Below the pieces are notes generated by a model. That model was given only the letters and a program-made list of their open reading frames with translations, did not search any database and had not been told where the DNA came from. A program made the position numbers and the translations under genes. From contig NC_087254.1 of assembly GCF_037042905.1 (NCBI RefSeq), positions 26,102,001 to 26,166,000 on the forward strand: a stretch of 64,000 bases of DNA. Direction: 5' to 3'. This document shows positions 1 to 11,700 of this stretch, piece after piece. Source of the DNA: Lytechinus pictus. Taxonomy: Eukaryota. Positions within the stretch are counted from its first letter, which is position 1. Every line of letters begins with the position of its first letter.

Positions 1-2260
1 TGATCATTGAAATGCACAGAAAAATACTGCAGTTCCTCGTCTTCTTTTATTAAGTTTAGAAGTGTTTTCCTGTGTGTGCTAAACGCTGGGCATTCTCCAA
101 CAAAATGTACAACACTTTCCAGTTCGGAGTGGCAGAACTTGCAGGACTTTGTGGTACTTTGATTCAGAGATAATAACCTTCTATTCGTTGGGTATGTACT
201 GCAGGATAATTGAGCTCTGATGGACATCTTTTACATCTTTTCCCTTTCCTTTGTGAACTGGGACTATAAGGCCGGACTTCAAAGGTTCAGGAATATACTT
301 TAGGGATATACATCGATTGAAGAGGGCGAGAAGTAATTTCCGAGCTATTGGGCCAAGATATATAAGATGCTCAGGAGATATATTATCAGGTCCTGCAGCT
401 TTTTGTTTCTTGAGAGAGTTAATAGCTTCATCTAGATCTTTTGAAGTAGAGGGTTGAAGTGGTTGATTCAAATTGTCCTGGAACGGGCGAGTGGAAATAG
501 CTTCATCCAATTCAGGCGGAGAAGAGGCACTCATATAATCCGGTTTAGCAAGATCTGAGAAATGTGAGTTGAAGCCATCTAAAACTGCCTCTCCTTCATA
601 TGTTGTACCCCTATAAGACAGTGTATCAGTGGACCGATATCCTTTAGTGCTTTTGACAAGCCTATAGAAGAGTTTATCATTGCTACCTTTAGCATCCTCA
701 ATTTCTGAAAGGAGATTATTGTGATATATCCGCCGTGCTTGCCTGATGCTACTTCTAAATAGACGTTTTGTATATACATGCTTGATCCAGAGAGGGTCCT
801 TGCCTTTTTGGCCCTCCAGAGACGCCAATAATATTGAGATTGTTTATAACATGCCTCTACCTTTTTGGTCCACTCTCTTTTCCCTTTTTCTTTTCTGACG
901 GCCCTTCGAGTGTGGTAGAGTTAGTGATACCTTCAACATTTCTTCGCTAAGTTGATCAAGCAGCAAGTCGATTTGAGTCGGATCTAAGCACATTGCAGGA
1001 AGATTATAGAAAAGGTTCTTTGATATTTGATCCATAGGAAGAGTACAGAGAAGGTGCAGCTGGTCAGCACTGCACTGATGCCAGAATATCTTAGGACGAA
1101 ATATAGACTTTCCAGATCCTTCAGCTTTGCGATCAGGTATATCATGATCTACTTGATAATTGGCTAAAAGTGGTAGTGAAAATGTCACTTTAACCGGTGT
1201 GTGGTCAGAGGTGTTTAAAGGATCATCATGCTGAATAAGAAGGTCAGAGAAGGAGTTTTCGAGTTTTGCAGGAATTATGAAGTCATCAATGTATGATTGT
1301 CGTAAACCATCATCTGATTGGAAGGTGTATAGCTCCTTTTTATTTTGGAGAGATGATAAGTTAATCATGTTCTCACTAATCAGAAATTCCTTTAGAATAC
1401 GCTTTGTAGGTTTCTTACACGATGCATTTGTCAGATCAGCATTCAGATCTCCACAAAGTATAATCAGGGCCTCTTTATGGGTTGTTTCGATGTGGGATAT
1501 GGTAGAGAGCATATGATGATACTCAGAAATACTATTGGCATCAACATCACACGGAAAGTATCCATTGCAGATAATTAAATGCGAGTTTGAAGGCTCATGG
1601 AGTAGATCTGTAATAACTAATCTTTGCGATTGAGATTCTATCTTTGTTGTTTTCCAAGAGCTTGATGTTCTGATGCTACTCCTCCCTTTGCTCTCCTTCT
1701 TGGTAGTGATAACGATGAGTTATTTTGCTGTGATATACTAAAGACTTGGAAGTTATCATTGATATTAGTAAGCTTATTAAGGTCCCAATGGTAAAGCCAG
1801 TGTTCTTAAATTAATAGGATATCCAATTCTTCTAAAAGACGTGATATGAAAGCATTGTTAGATTGTGCCCCCCTGCAGTTGAATGTTCCCATTCTTAGTT
1901 GTTTTCCTTGTTGTTTTCTAGTAAGTGGAGGCTTGTGGAGGTTAAGTGCAGTATTTGTTGGTGTTGGGCTCTCAGTGCTTGGCGAATGACAGGGTCCGTA
2001 GTGGATAGGGGTAGTGCCAGAAGATTGATTGTATCCATCACTGCCTGGTAAGTGTCCTCCATTAGAGTTTTGTGGTCGGCGGTTGAGGCTCGGCCCTGCC
2101 GAAAATCCTGTTGCTTTGATGAAGGTGTTAGCTTGGAGGCCTCCTGATTCAGTACTTGAGTGACCGATGATCTATCTTTCGTGGTGCTGTTATCCTGTTG
2201 TTTCCTGGGCTGTTGGAATTCAAGGCATTCTTGATGAGATATTGCGATTTTGCGTACAGA
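1..2260 (-). mobile_element. Decayed non-LTR retrotransposon (APE-type LINE, CR1/L2-like group), internally deleted
   Basis: The minus strand reads MGTFNCRG (ATG at 1892), then LLI*EHW (stop replacing Q), GGVA, ILCGDLNA, SYIDDF, SDHTPV, which are APE endonuclease motifs. Next come KAAGPDNISPEHL and LIVPVHKGKGK (pre-RT region), then directly CKFCHSELESVVHFVGECPAF (C-terminal CCHC knuckle, ~80-145). It has stops and frameshifts. About 1900-2260 looks like the 3' end of ORF1. Confidence 0.9.
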
Positions 2261-2571
2261 TGACTTTTACAAAATGACTGCGCATTAATTGTTATCATAG
2301 CAAATAGTTGTACAAGTATTTGTAGGCCTTAAACTAAACTCAATTAAATCTTATAGATATTTTTTTAGCTTATTCCCCCAATGACGACAAAGGTTTCTAC
2401 AGTTGAATATGCTACTTTTCTAAACCTTTTTTTTTACACAATTATCCGCTTGATAATGTAACAAACGCTGTGTTGCGATGGTGATTATAATGTGATTTTT
2501 TTCGGTTTTATATAAATAAACTTGAAGCTTGACACCTGTGATGTAGATTTATGAAATGATCTCGATTTCAG

Positions 2572-3635
2572 TTCTCGGTGGGTGGAATGCTTGGAGTGAA
2601 TGGACTACGTGTAGTACCGTCTGCGGCTCCGGATATCACATACGGGTACGTGCGTGCAGCAATCCTTTACCCATCGGCTCAAAGAACGAGTGTCCTGGCG
2701 ATAGGTACGAAAAAGAGGCGTGCGTGCATGAATCGGACGACTGTGACCAGGCACCGGAAGTTCGAGGTATTGACCACCATTTCTCATATTGAAATCTACG
2801 GAAGATATGAAAATGTTATAGAACTTTTTAGTTAATAATCATTAAAATGTTTTGTTTGCGACCAAATTGTTGAAAGGATGGCACATAAGGAACTATTGGA
2901 AACAATTTCATAGCATTTACCTGGCCATTTTCCCAGTTACTATCTACGGTAGATGTGAAAATGCCAGAACTATTAAATGAGATAATTTTTGTATTTAATC
3001 AAATTAATTTTCACCGTCATTCATCATAATCATTGTAGTATTATCAAAATAACATTTGTTATTGTTTATTACCAATATTTCACTCATGACGCAAATTCCA
3101 GTTGTGCACTTTTCATTGACTGAAAATAAAGTTGCGTTTCGTTGCAACACTTTCCGCAACGTATGGGCGCTTGATCTTGGCATATAAATATATGTCTATC
3201 TTCTAATTTCTCCTTTGAATTGATAGAATATGGAATAGACTGCCATGGAGGATGTTGGAATGTGTTGTTATTTCTGATAACTAGTATGGTTTTTTATCTG
3301 TACTTGGGCTGTTTGCACTTCTGAACGATTTCATAAAACCAAACACATATTTTCTTTTCAAATCCTAATTTCTTGTAATGAATTGACAGAGTATGGATTG
3401 TGGAGTACGTGGTCTCATTGTAGCGCATCATGTGGAGCTGGGAATAAGATGAGACACCGGTCGTGCTCGGATCATCAGACCATTGAATGTACTGGACCTG
3501 TCTATAACACCTGGCCATGCAATATGAAATTACCATGTCCAGGTATGGATCCTATCCAAGATTAGCCCTGTAGTTATATAACACTTTACACTTCTACTCC
3601 TACTACATGTACATGTAGTACTGCTGCTACTACTT

Positions 3636-3690
<55 letters not shown>

Positions 3691-5737
3691 CACTATACTA
3701 CTACTACTACTACTTCTACTACTACTGCTACTTCTACGACAACTATTACTGCTACTTCNNNNNNNNNNNNNNNNNNNNNNNNNNNNNNNNNNNNNNNNNN
3801 NNNNNNNNNNNNNNNNNNNNNNNNNNNNNNNNNNNNNNNNNNNNNNNNNNNNNNNNNNNNNNNNNNNNNNNNNNNNNNNNNNNNNNNNNNNNNNNNNNNN
3901 NNNNNNNNNNNNNNNNNNNNNNNNNNNNNNNNNNNNNNNNNNNNNNNNNNNNNNNNNNNNNNNNNNNNNNNNNNNNNNNNNNNNNNNNNNNNNNNNNNNN
4001 NNNNNNNNNNNNNNNNNNNNNNNNNNNNNNNNNNNNNNNNNNNNNNNNNNNNNNNNNNNNNNNACAACTACAACTTCTACTGCCAGTACTTTTAAAAGAA
4101 AATGAATTTGAAATTGCATATAAAGATGATATAAATATCCATTTTTGTTTTCAAAGTACAAACATTTCACGTTGGATTTATGTCTTCAACATATAATATT
4201 AGATTGACAATAGCCAAACGCATGTTGATTATCAATGATAAAGAAAACAAAAATGTGAATAGTGCCTAAGCTTATTGGCAAAAAGTACTTGTACAATCAA
4301 TTAATTTGCAGAAGTAGTCAATGTGAGGGCACAATACATATAGCTGACCCTTTTTTCTTCTTTTATTTGCTTTGCTTGAAAGTGGACGGTGATTGGTCAG
4401 AATGGTCGTCTTGGACCACGTGCTCGGTCACATGTGGTGTTGGTGAGACAGTGAGGTATAGATTATGTGCAAACCCGCCACCAAGTCATGGAGGAAAGGA
4501 ATGCCAGGGAGACAATAAGGAAGCCAAGAAATGTAGAATTGTCAAATGCCCACGTACGTATCACCCTATTAATTCCTTTATTTGAATATAATTCTATATC
4601 ACAGATGCATTGTCATGAAACCTGTAAACAGGATCACAGGTCGAATTCTCAGGAACAAAATATATAGGCCTACATATTATAAAACAGCCTATACGTTAAC
4701 ATGATAGCAATTTCGAATTAATAAGAAAATTAAATAGCCTAGCTACTTAATGAATATACCCTTTTGCGCTAAATATAACATAACTCCCAGCATTTTTACT
4801 GTAGATACACACGATATAAAGTTTGTATGTCTTCAAGAAGTAAACACACTTCCACAAAGAAAAGCATGCGTGAGCAAAGTAGCATAGATCGAAAATAGCT
4901 TCTAGAATAACAAAATAATAATTACCCTCTTCACTTTCCCATTGACAGCATCAACCCCTCTATGGGGTTCATGGGGAGCGTGGAGTGAGTGTTCCGAATC
5001 TTGTGAAGGTGGGACCAAGTCCCGACAGCGATGGTGTCTGGTCCGTAGACCGGCATTAAAACGGATGGTTAGGGTTAAGATGACTAACAAATGTGCCGGA
5101 GAGTTTCAGCAGTTTGCGGTCTGCAATACACAAACATGCCCAGGTGAGCTGGTACATTAAAGTAGACCTTTATCTCAAATTCATGAATTCCTTTTTTCTT
5201 TTGTATTGCCGTTAATCAATTTGGGATCTATAAAACACCAATAAAAATTATCGTTAGGGTACAATATTCGAAGGGGCAAGAAAACTGCGTAAAAACGACA
5301 TTTTGAGGACAAACATTTTGTTTGAAAATAATGTACCTCAGGAATTTTTCATGTAACGCGCGCAATGTTCCTTTTTTCCTCAATTTCTTTGGAGGTTATT
5401 TCGTGTCCATTTTTTCAATAATAGTTCTAATCATTCATAGTAGGATGAGCTTACTTTAACCATTGCTTACAAAAAGATTTAAAAAAAAAACATGGTCTCT
5501 GTATTAAGCTGATTGGAATTAGTGAATTCAGAAGTCAACAAGTTAATATTTCTATGTTTTCAACAGTTGATGGTTCTTGGGCCAACTGGGGAGCGTGGAC
5601 ATCTTGTTCATCTACCTGTGGGGAGGGTGTAATGAGAAGAGACCGTAGCTGTACCGACCCCGCTCCTGTGGGCAAGGGGGACGTTTGCGGTGGATACGGC
5701 ACTGAGACTAGGCACTGCTTTTACAGACCTTGTGCAA
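2572..5737 (+). CDS. Five single-exon thrombospondin type-1 repeats (phase 1-1)
   Basis: Each exon has WxxWxxWxxCSxxCGxG...RxRxC or a close variant, e.g. GGWNAWSEWTTCSTVCGSG, VDGDWSEWSSWTTCSVTCGVG, VDGSWANWGAWTSCSSTCGEG. Confidence 0.95.
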
Positions 5738-8700
5738 GTACAAAATAATTGTATAGTGACCCACATCCCAAAACGAATATTGAATTGAACTGAATTTATT
5801 ACATCTAAATGTCAATTTATATTTCATTTTCTAAAGATGTTGACGATGTATACATTCAATACACTACTCTGAATATTTGCATGTATATCATATCGTAGAA
5901 TAAAATTTTCATAACATAATCATCGTAACATAATTTTGCAATCTACATTTTATCCCAAAAGTTTTATTGCTCCGATTCCATACGCTTTCAATACGTTTTC
6001 CCATGTCAGGTTCTCATCGATGAACATACCAACAGAGTAGTATTGAATGATTCCACATAATCTAATACGGTTTCGTAAAGTGACAATTGTCATGATATGA
6101 AATGATTTTTCGCATATTTTTTGAAAATAAATTCAGTTTTATTTACAGTCAGTTGGCATTGTAGCATGCTATTATATATAATGTTAATTATTTGTTCACA
6201 TCAAGATATTCGCACATAACCTTATACTGTTGATGCCGTTGTAGTATTCTCCATTTACTGACAGGATAGAATCATGAAGGCATGAGTTTCGAAGTTCTAT
6301 ACCAAACGATGTAAAAAGCATTCTGTAAACCATTGGTACCAATGTCAAATTCGTTGTCTTTTTATTTTTAATTTGTGTTTTCAAAGAACGAGGCAAAGTC
6401 CTACTACGATTCGATGGCTCATCTTTCTTGATCTACCGTCGTGCGGCTCATCCCGCCCGTCATCTTCTCGTCTTCCTTTCATTCATTCCCGCTGATCCCC
6501 ATGGCCTTCTCGTACTTCGTCGTGAAGAGGAATGGACCCAAGTGATTCTGATGGCTCGTTTGATCGATGCCCGTGTACAGCTCTATGCCGAGATCGGACC
6601 TGAGATCGTAGTCCAGTTCAAAGGTGATGCGGTCAAGGTAGGTAGGCAGGCTTGAATTTGGATCACATTGAAATGTCTAAAGTACGCGTTTAATGTGTCA
6701 AATTTACAAGATTGATAAAGATATTATTACATGTAGCAATAACATTTTTACCTATACTATACGACAAGAGGGTAGCGGCTCTCAGAATTTACAGATCATG
6801 GCACACAAAACGAAATTACCCAAATTAAAATGTGATGTCACTTTGTACATTTCAATAACAAGCATAGGCGGTGGAAACAGGGGGGGGGGTGCATACTGCG
6901 CCGACCTTTTCATAACTCGGTTGTTGCCACCTTAAGGGCTTAGTTATAATAATGAGGATAATGATAATAGAGTGTATGGGAAATGCAAATTTGTGTCAGT
7001 TAAAACAAACAAAGATACTGCAAACTATTCCAGATTTATCACTATTATGTAACCTGAAAATAGAATAATGTGTCAAACAAAGTGATTTAAAATATATATA
7101 TATATCTGACTATATTAATGCACAGCTTGATAAGTGGAATACATTGGAAATCGGATTCGACGGAAGGGATGCGTGGCTTCGTGTCAATGATGGTGATGTC
7201 ACAGTATACGAGGTTGACGGACCAATTCCAGACGACTTGGACTGGGACCTACCCATGTATGTCGGCGGGGCGTTGCCAAATCTTTTTCCGGGGCATTTCG
7301 ATAAAATAGGAGGTGAGTAGAATCCCCATGTCAATGTCATATTCTTTTGTTTTTCTCATGCACTGTTTTGAATTTAGTGCAATGAGAGATAGAGACAGAT
7401 TTTATCCCTTCCACTTTGAAATTTCTAAACCAACGAGGATAGGCCTACAGATTTATCGATATAATTCGTTCATGTCGCTGTACGTTCTTTACCGTTTGTT
7501 TTATTTTTTTATCGGCAGGTTTTACGGGTAAAATCGCAATGCTGCGAGTAAATTACCGTGAATATAGCCTGCATGAGTCAGACGAATGGGAAGGCGGTGG
7601 ATTGCCTTATGTTAGCCTAAATGTAGAAGAGGAACAAGTCACAGGTATTATTCTTTGGATGCATCCGATGAGATTTAGGTCTTTCATGATGCTTTAGTGT
7701 TTTATATTGTTATGTTAGCATACTTGACCATGAATCTTCAATGGAATCATACACTCCTTGAAGTGAAGGATGTACTTTTACTTTAACAAATTATATAAGT
7801 CAAATTCATATTAATCGACATTTTTTGTTTTTGTTTTTGAGCAGGCTGTTAAACATTTTATTGGAAATATACATGTAGATGTTCCGACTTATATAAAAGT
7901 TTTCAATTCTGTCATTAGACATCGACTCCGATGTTCCAACTTTCACTGGGAAAGAGTACGCACTTCTTCCGATCCCGCCTTCTTTAAATACAAGCGATTC
8001 AACAAACCATTTACTGCTTAGTATGACTGTGCGCGCTGCTGAAGGGGAAGGTATCCTTCTGTACGTCCAAGGCAGATTCCCCGGGTCTTTCTTCGCTCTT
8101 GCCCTCGAAGATGACAAACTCCTGATCACGCTGTGTCTAGGGCATGACCAAGAGGTCTTTCAGCGCCTTGCCGATCCAGTTGAGGTCAGTCAATGTACTA
8201 AATCTTCTAAAAGATGTATTCTTATTTTTTTAAAGATTTGATTAATGTACATTGAGGAAGTATTTCATGAAAATGTTAATACTTGGTGCGAATTTACTTT
8301 GAAAACAATTGCTTTCGTTAAAGAGCTTTGGAAGATTAGGAATACTAGTCATTGCCTTTTGTTACTGCTGAATGAAATCATATGTATCAATATCTAAGAA
8401 TACACCAATGCATATATTATCTATTGAAACATACCTTTGAATTGATGCCCCAAAAATGTACAGTATTTGGATTTGTTTTGAACAGTTTGAAAAGTGGTCA
8501 TTGCTTGACGTCAAAGTCACAGACTTCAACGTCGAGTTGCGCGTTGGAAAAGGTCCTGCAACACAACTGACCTCCATTGGACACGCCCCTTTCAAGCCGA
8601 CCTCAGAACTATATGTGGGCGGGGTCGGTCAGCTAGACCAGCTGGATGTTGAAATGAACACGGGAGCCAAGCATGGGTTCTGTGGCGAGATCTTGGAGGT

Positions 8701-11700
8701 GTCGGTCAATTGGGTAGATTTTGAGATGTACGAGACTGCCCTCTCTACCGACGTATTGGTCAACTCAGCGTCAGCTACTGTTGGAGGTAGGCTAACACAC
8801 AATCCTTCCCTTTCTACCGAAACTTCTGTATTATGATTTTACCTAGACATTTCTACTTAGGAGTATCATAATGTCGAGCTAGTGTAGTGGTTTCACGGTA
8901 GGCCATATTATTTCGAGGTCATATGTTGGTCCTGAAAAGGACCACTCAAACTCTACGTTTCAAGAAGTGTGTTCTTGTCGTCTTCAGGACCAACATATGC
9001 CCACGAAAGAATACACAGTGTACCAATACACTCTTCTTGTTCGCTATGGAAACCTTCAGAAGATACATATACATCATCATGTAATATAGAAAGTATAGGT
9101 AGACGAGGTGACAAGGTACCTATCCAATGTTTCATCTGAGAACTTGACATCGCAAGATATATGTCATCAATTCATGGCGATATAAGGTAGCTCGCCAAGT
9201 CGCCACGAGAACATGTAACTTTTGAGTAGTCGAATCGGCAAGTACCTTTACTCGTGTAATCGACTCTGAAAATTATAAGTCGACTTGACATGACGAAATA
9301 TTTCAGAATTGTAGACCAAGAAACATAAAAAAGAGCAAAAGGGTGACATTTTATATCCATGAGTAAACACGGCCCAACAATTCGGATTGATTTACTTGAT
9401 TTCTCCTGCATTATAAAAACATTGTTTAACTTTACCTCGAGTCCTACACGTCAGTGCACAAGCATGGGAACATCCATCATACTGTATAGAAGGTCAAGTT
9501 ACGTCTATAGACCTATGATGTATCAATTAAATTCTGATCAATCAAATTTACCTTCTTTTTTGCTTCAGATAGCATTATGTTATCTCGAATAATATGAACG
9601 TTTCTCCTTCTGCAGCACACTTTCGTGACATCCATGCACCCGCCGAAGCGTCACTCCTCTTACGATGTCAATTCGGCCATCTTTTGGACCAAGTCGAGGA
9701 AGCCTACCGATGGACTCACGCGACGTGGCTCTATAAAGGAGATAGGCTCCTTGAGTTTACCCCACATTGCAAGATAGTCCCGAGTGTATGTTAAAATATA
9801 CCCATTGGTGTGACGATTCAATCAAATCACTGAAACGGACTCATGGGGAGCATTTCACGACAGGACTCGTCGAACGTTTAATACGACCATACCCGTTTTA
9901 TCTGACAGTTACCATAGTAACAGTGCCTCACAGCCCTCACAGCCAATCAATATCAAGGAAAGTTATCAGATCTTACAACTTGTCCGACGAAAAAATGTTG
10001 ATGAAATGCTCCCCTGACCGACCAAATCTGTTGCATAAGCCAGACATACAAACACTCGATTTTGAGTCTCTTTCGTTAGTGTGATTGTAGCATTATCAAT
10101 GAAAAACAAGTTGATTTTCGCACTGGCAATGGTCATGGTGAAACCTAAATTCCAGAAGTAAGGGGGCTGAAATTTCGGTTTAACTCTAGATTTTTGTGGT
10201 TAAATCTGGGGATTACCATCCGAAATCTTTTATTCTGGCTATAGGATCCGGATCATCCCTACAGTGCCTCTCTCTTGTTGAGCTCAATATCCAAGGAAAC
10301 AGAAGGCTTCTACGCATGCCAGGTGCACTTTAGAGGTCTGAGTGTCATTACGCATGCGTTCTCCGTCACTGTCAATGAAACATATGGTGAGTCTACAATA
10401 CTAGACTATAATTTTTCGGATCGTCGGTTAACACCTACAGAAATCTTTAGGGAGAAAAGGTGTTACATGATATAGGCATGCATGTATACGCCGTATACAG
10501 ACTGTTTATAGAAAGCATGTTCAAATTGTACAGTATGCTGTTGCTGTAGGCTTATATGACGAGCTTAGGTCGAAACGGCATCCCACAATACTTTAAAACC
10601 TTTCCCTGAAAAAGTTTTAATCCAGTTCGCAAAAGCAGCCAAGACTAAATAAGGTTGGATGAGAAAAATTAATCTCTCCCTTTCCTCTCAAACTTTTTAT
10701 CTCTTTGTCAGGATTGGATAAATGAATGAAATGCATATACAACATATTGAGGGCATCTGACATTGTTATGTGAATATCTAATTTTATATATTCCCTCTAT
10801 CATGTCCATGTTAAAAGAACAAACAAACGAAAACATAAGAAATTATTCTAAAAATATGTATACGATTGGTGAACATTAATCATCAAAACACACACACCTC
10901 ACACTCAGTGTAAGAGCTAGGGTGTCCGAATTACACTCCCAACACCAACAATAGAACATCCATAATCGATTTTTTTATTTTTCATTTATTTTTTTCACAT
11001 ATATTTGAATATATGTGCAGATGGAGGACCTGCAATCGATAAAGCTGTAGACATCATCATCGTAGCCGGTGTTGGATCCTTTATGGTGGTCGTTTTTCTG
11101 GTCGTGCTCATGTCGTTCTGTGCACCGTGTCGGAGATGGTATGGGCCTTTCTTTTCTGTTTGTTTCTATAGATTCTACAGAATAATGTAAGAAATCTTTG
11201 CCACCTTCTCTTAATTTCCTTTTCTCCTCTATGTGTCTGTTTATCCGCCTCTCTATATTTGTTTGTCTTTATTTTTCTTTGTTATATATTCCGGCTGGTG
11301 AGATTTCATTATGCCAAAAATATTGCAGGATTTTTTGAGGAAGCGGGGGGGGGGGGGGGTCGTAATGTAATTTAACAAAAAAATATTATTTTATCTCCGA
11401 GTTCCCTGCCGAGTCCATCAGCTATAAAGGTAGTTTTAAATAATAAAAAATTAATAATTTACCAGATTGTTACTAAAGCTGTGGTGAGGTAAAGGTGTAG
11501 CTTGTTTTCTAGTTCTTGTTTAAGTGTCTACAAATTTCAAAATATTTCCTTTTCATTTTTTCAGGTCATACTTTTTAGATCGTCTTCATGACTCACTGAC
11601 TTTCTGCTGTGGGTGCGAGCCAGGAGGTGGCTTACCCCCGGGACTGACTTACGCTCATCTGGCCGAAGTAGATGATTCATACGGTCCGGACTTTTCGGCT

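Noticed and set aside
3586-4170. ORFs spanning N runs (also 60466-60879)
   Set aside because: They are artefacts of assembly gaps and microsatellite. The first gap could still hide an extra phase-1 TSP1 exon.
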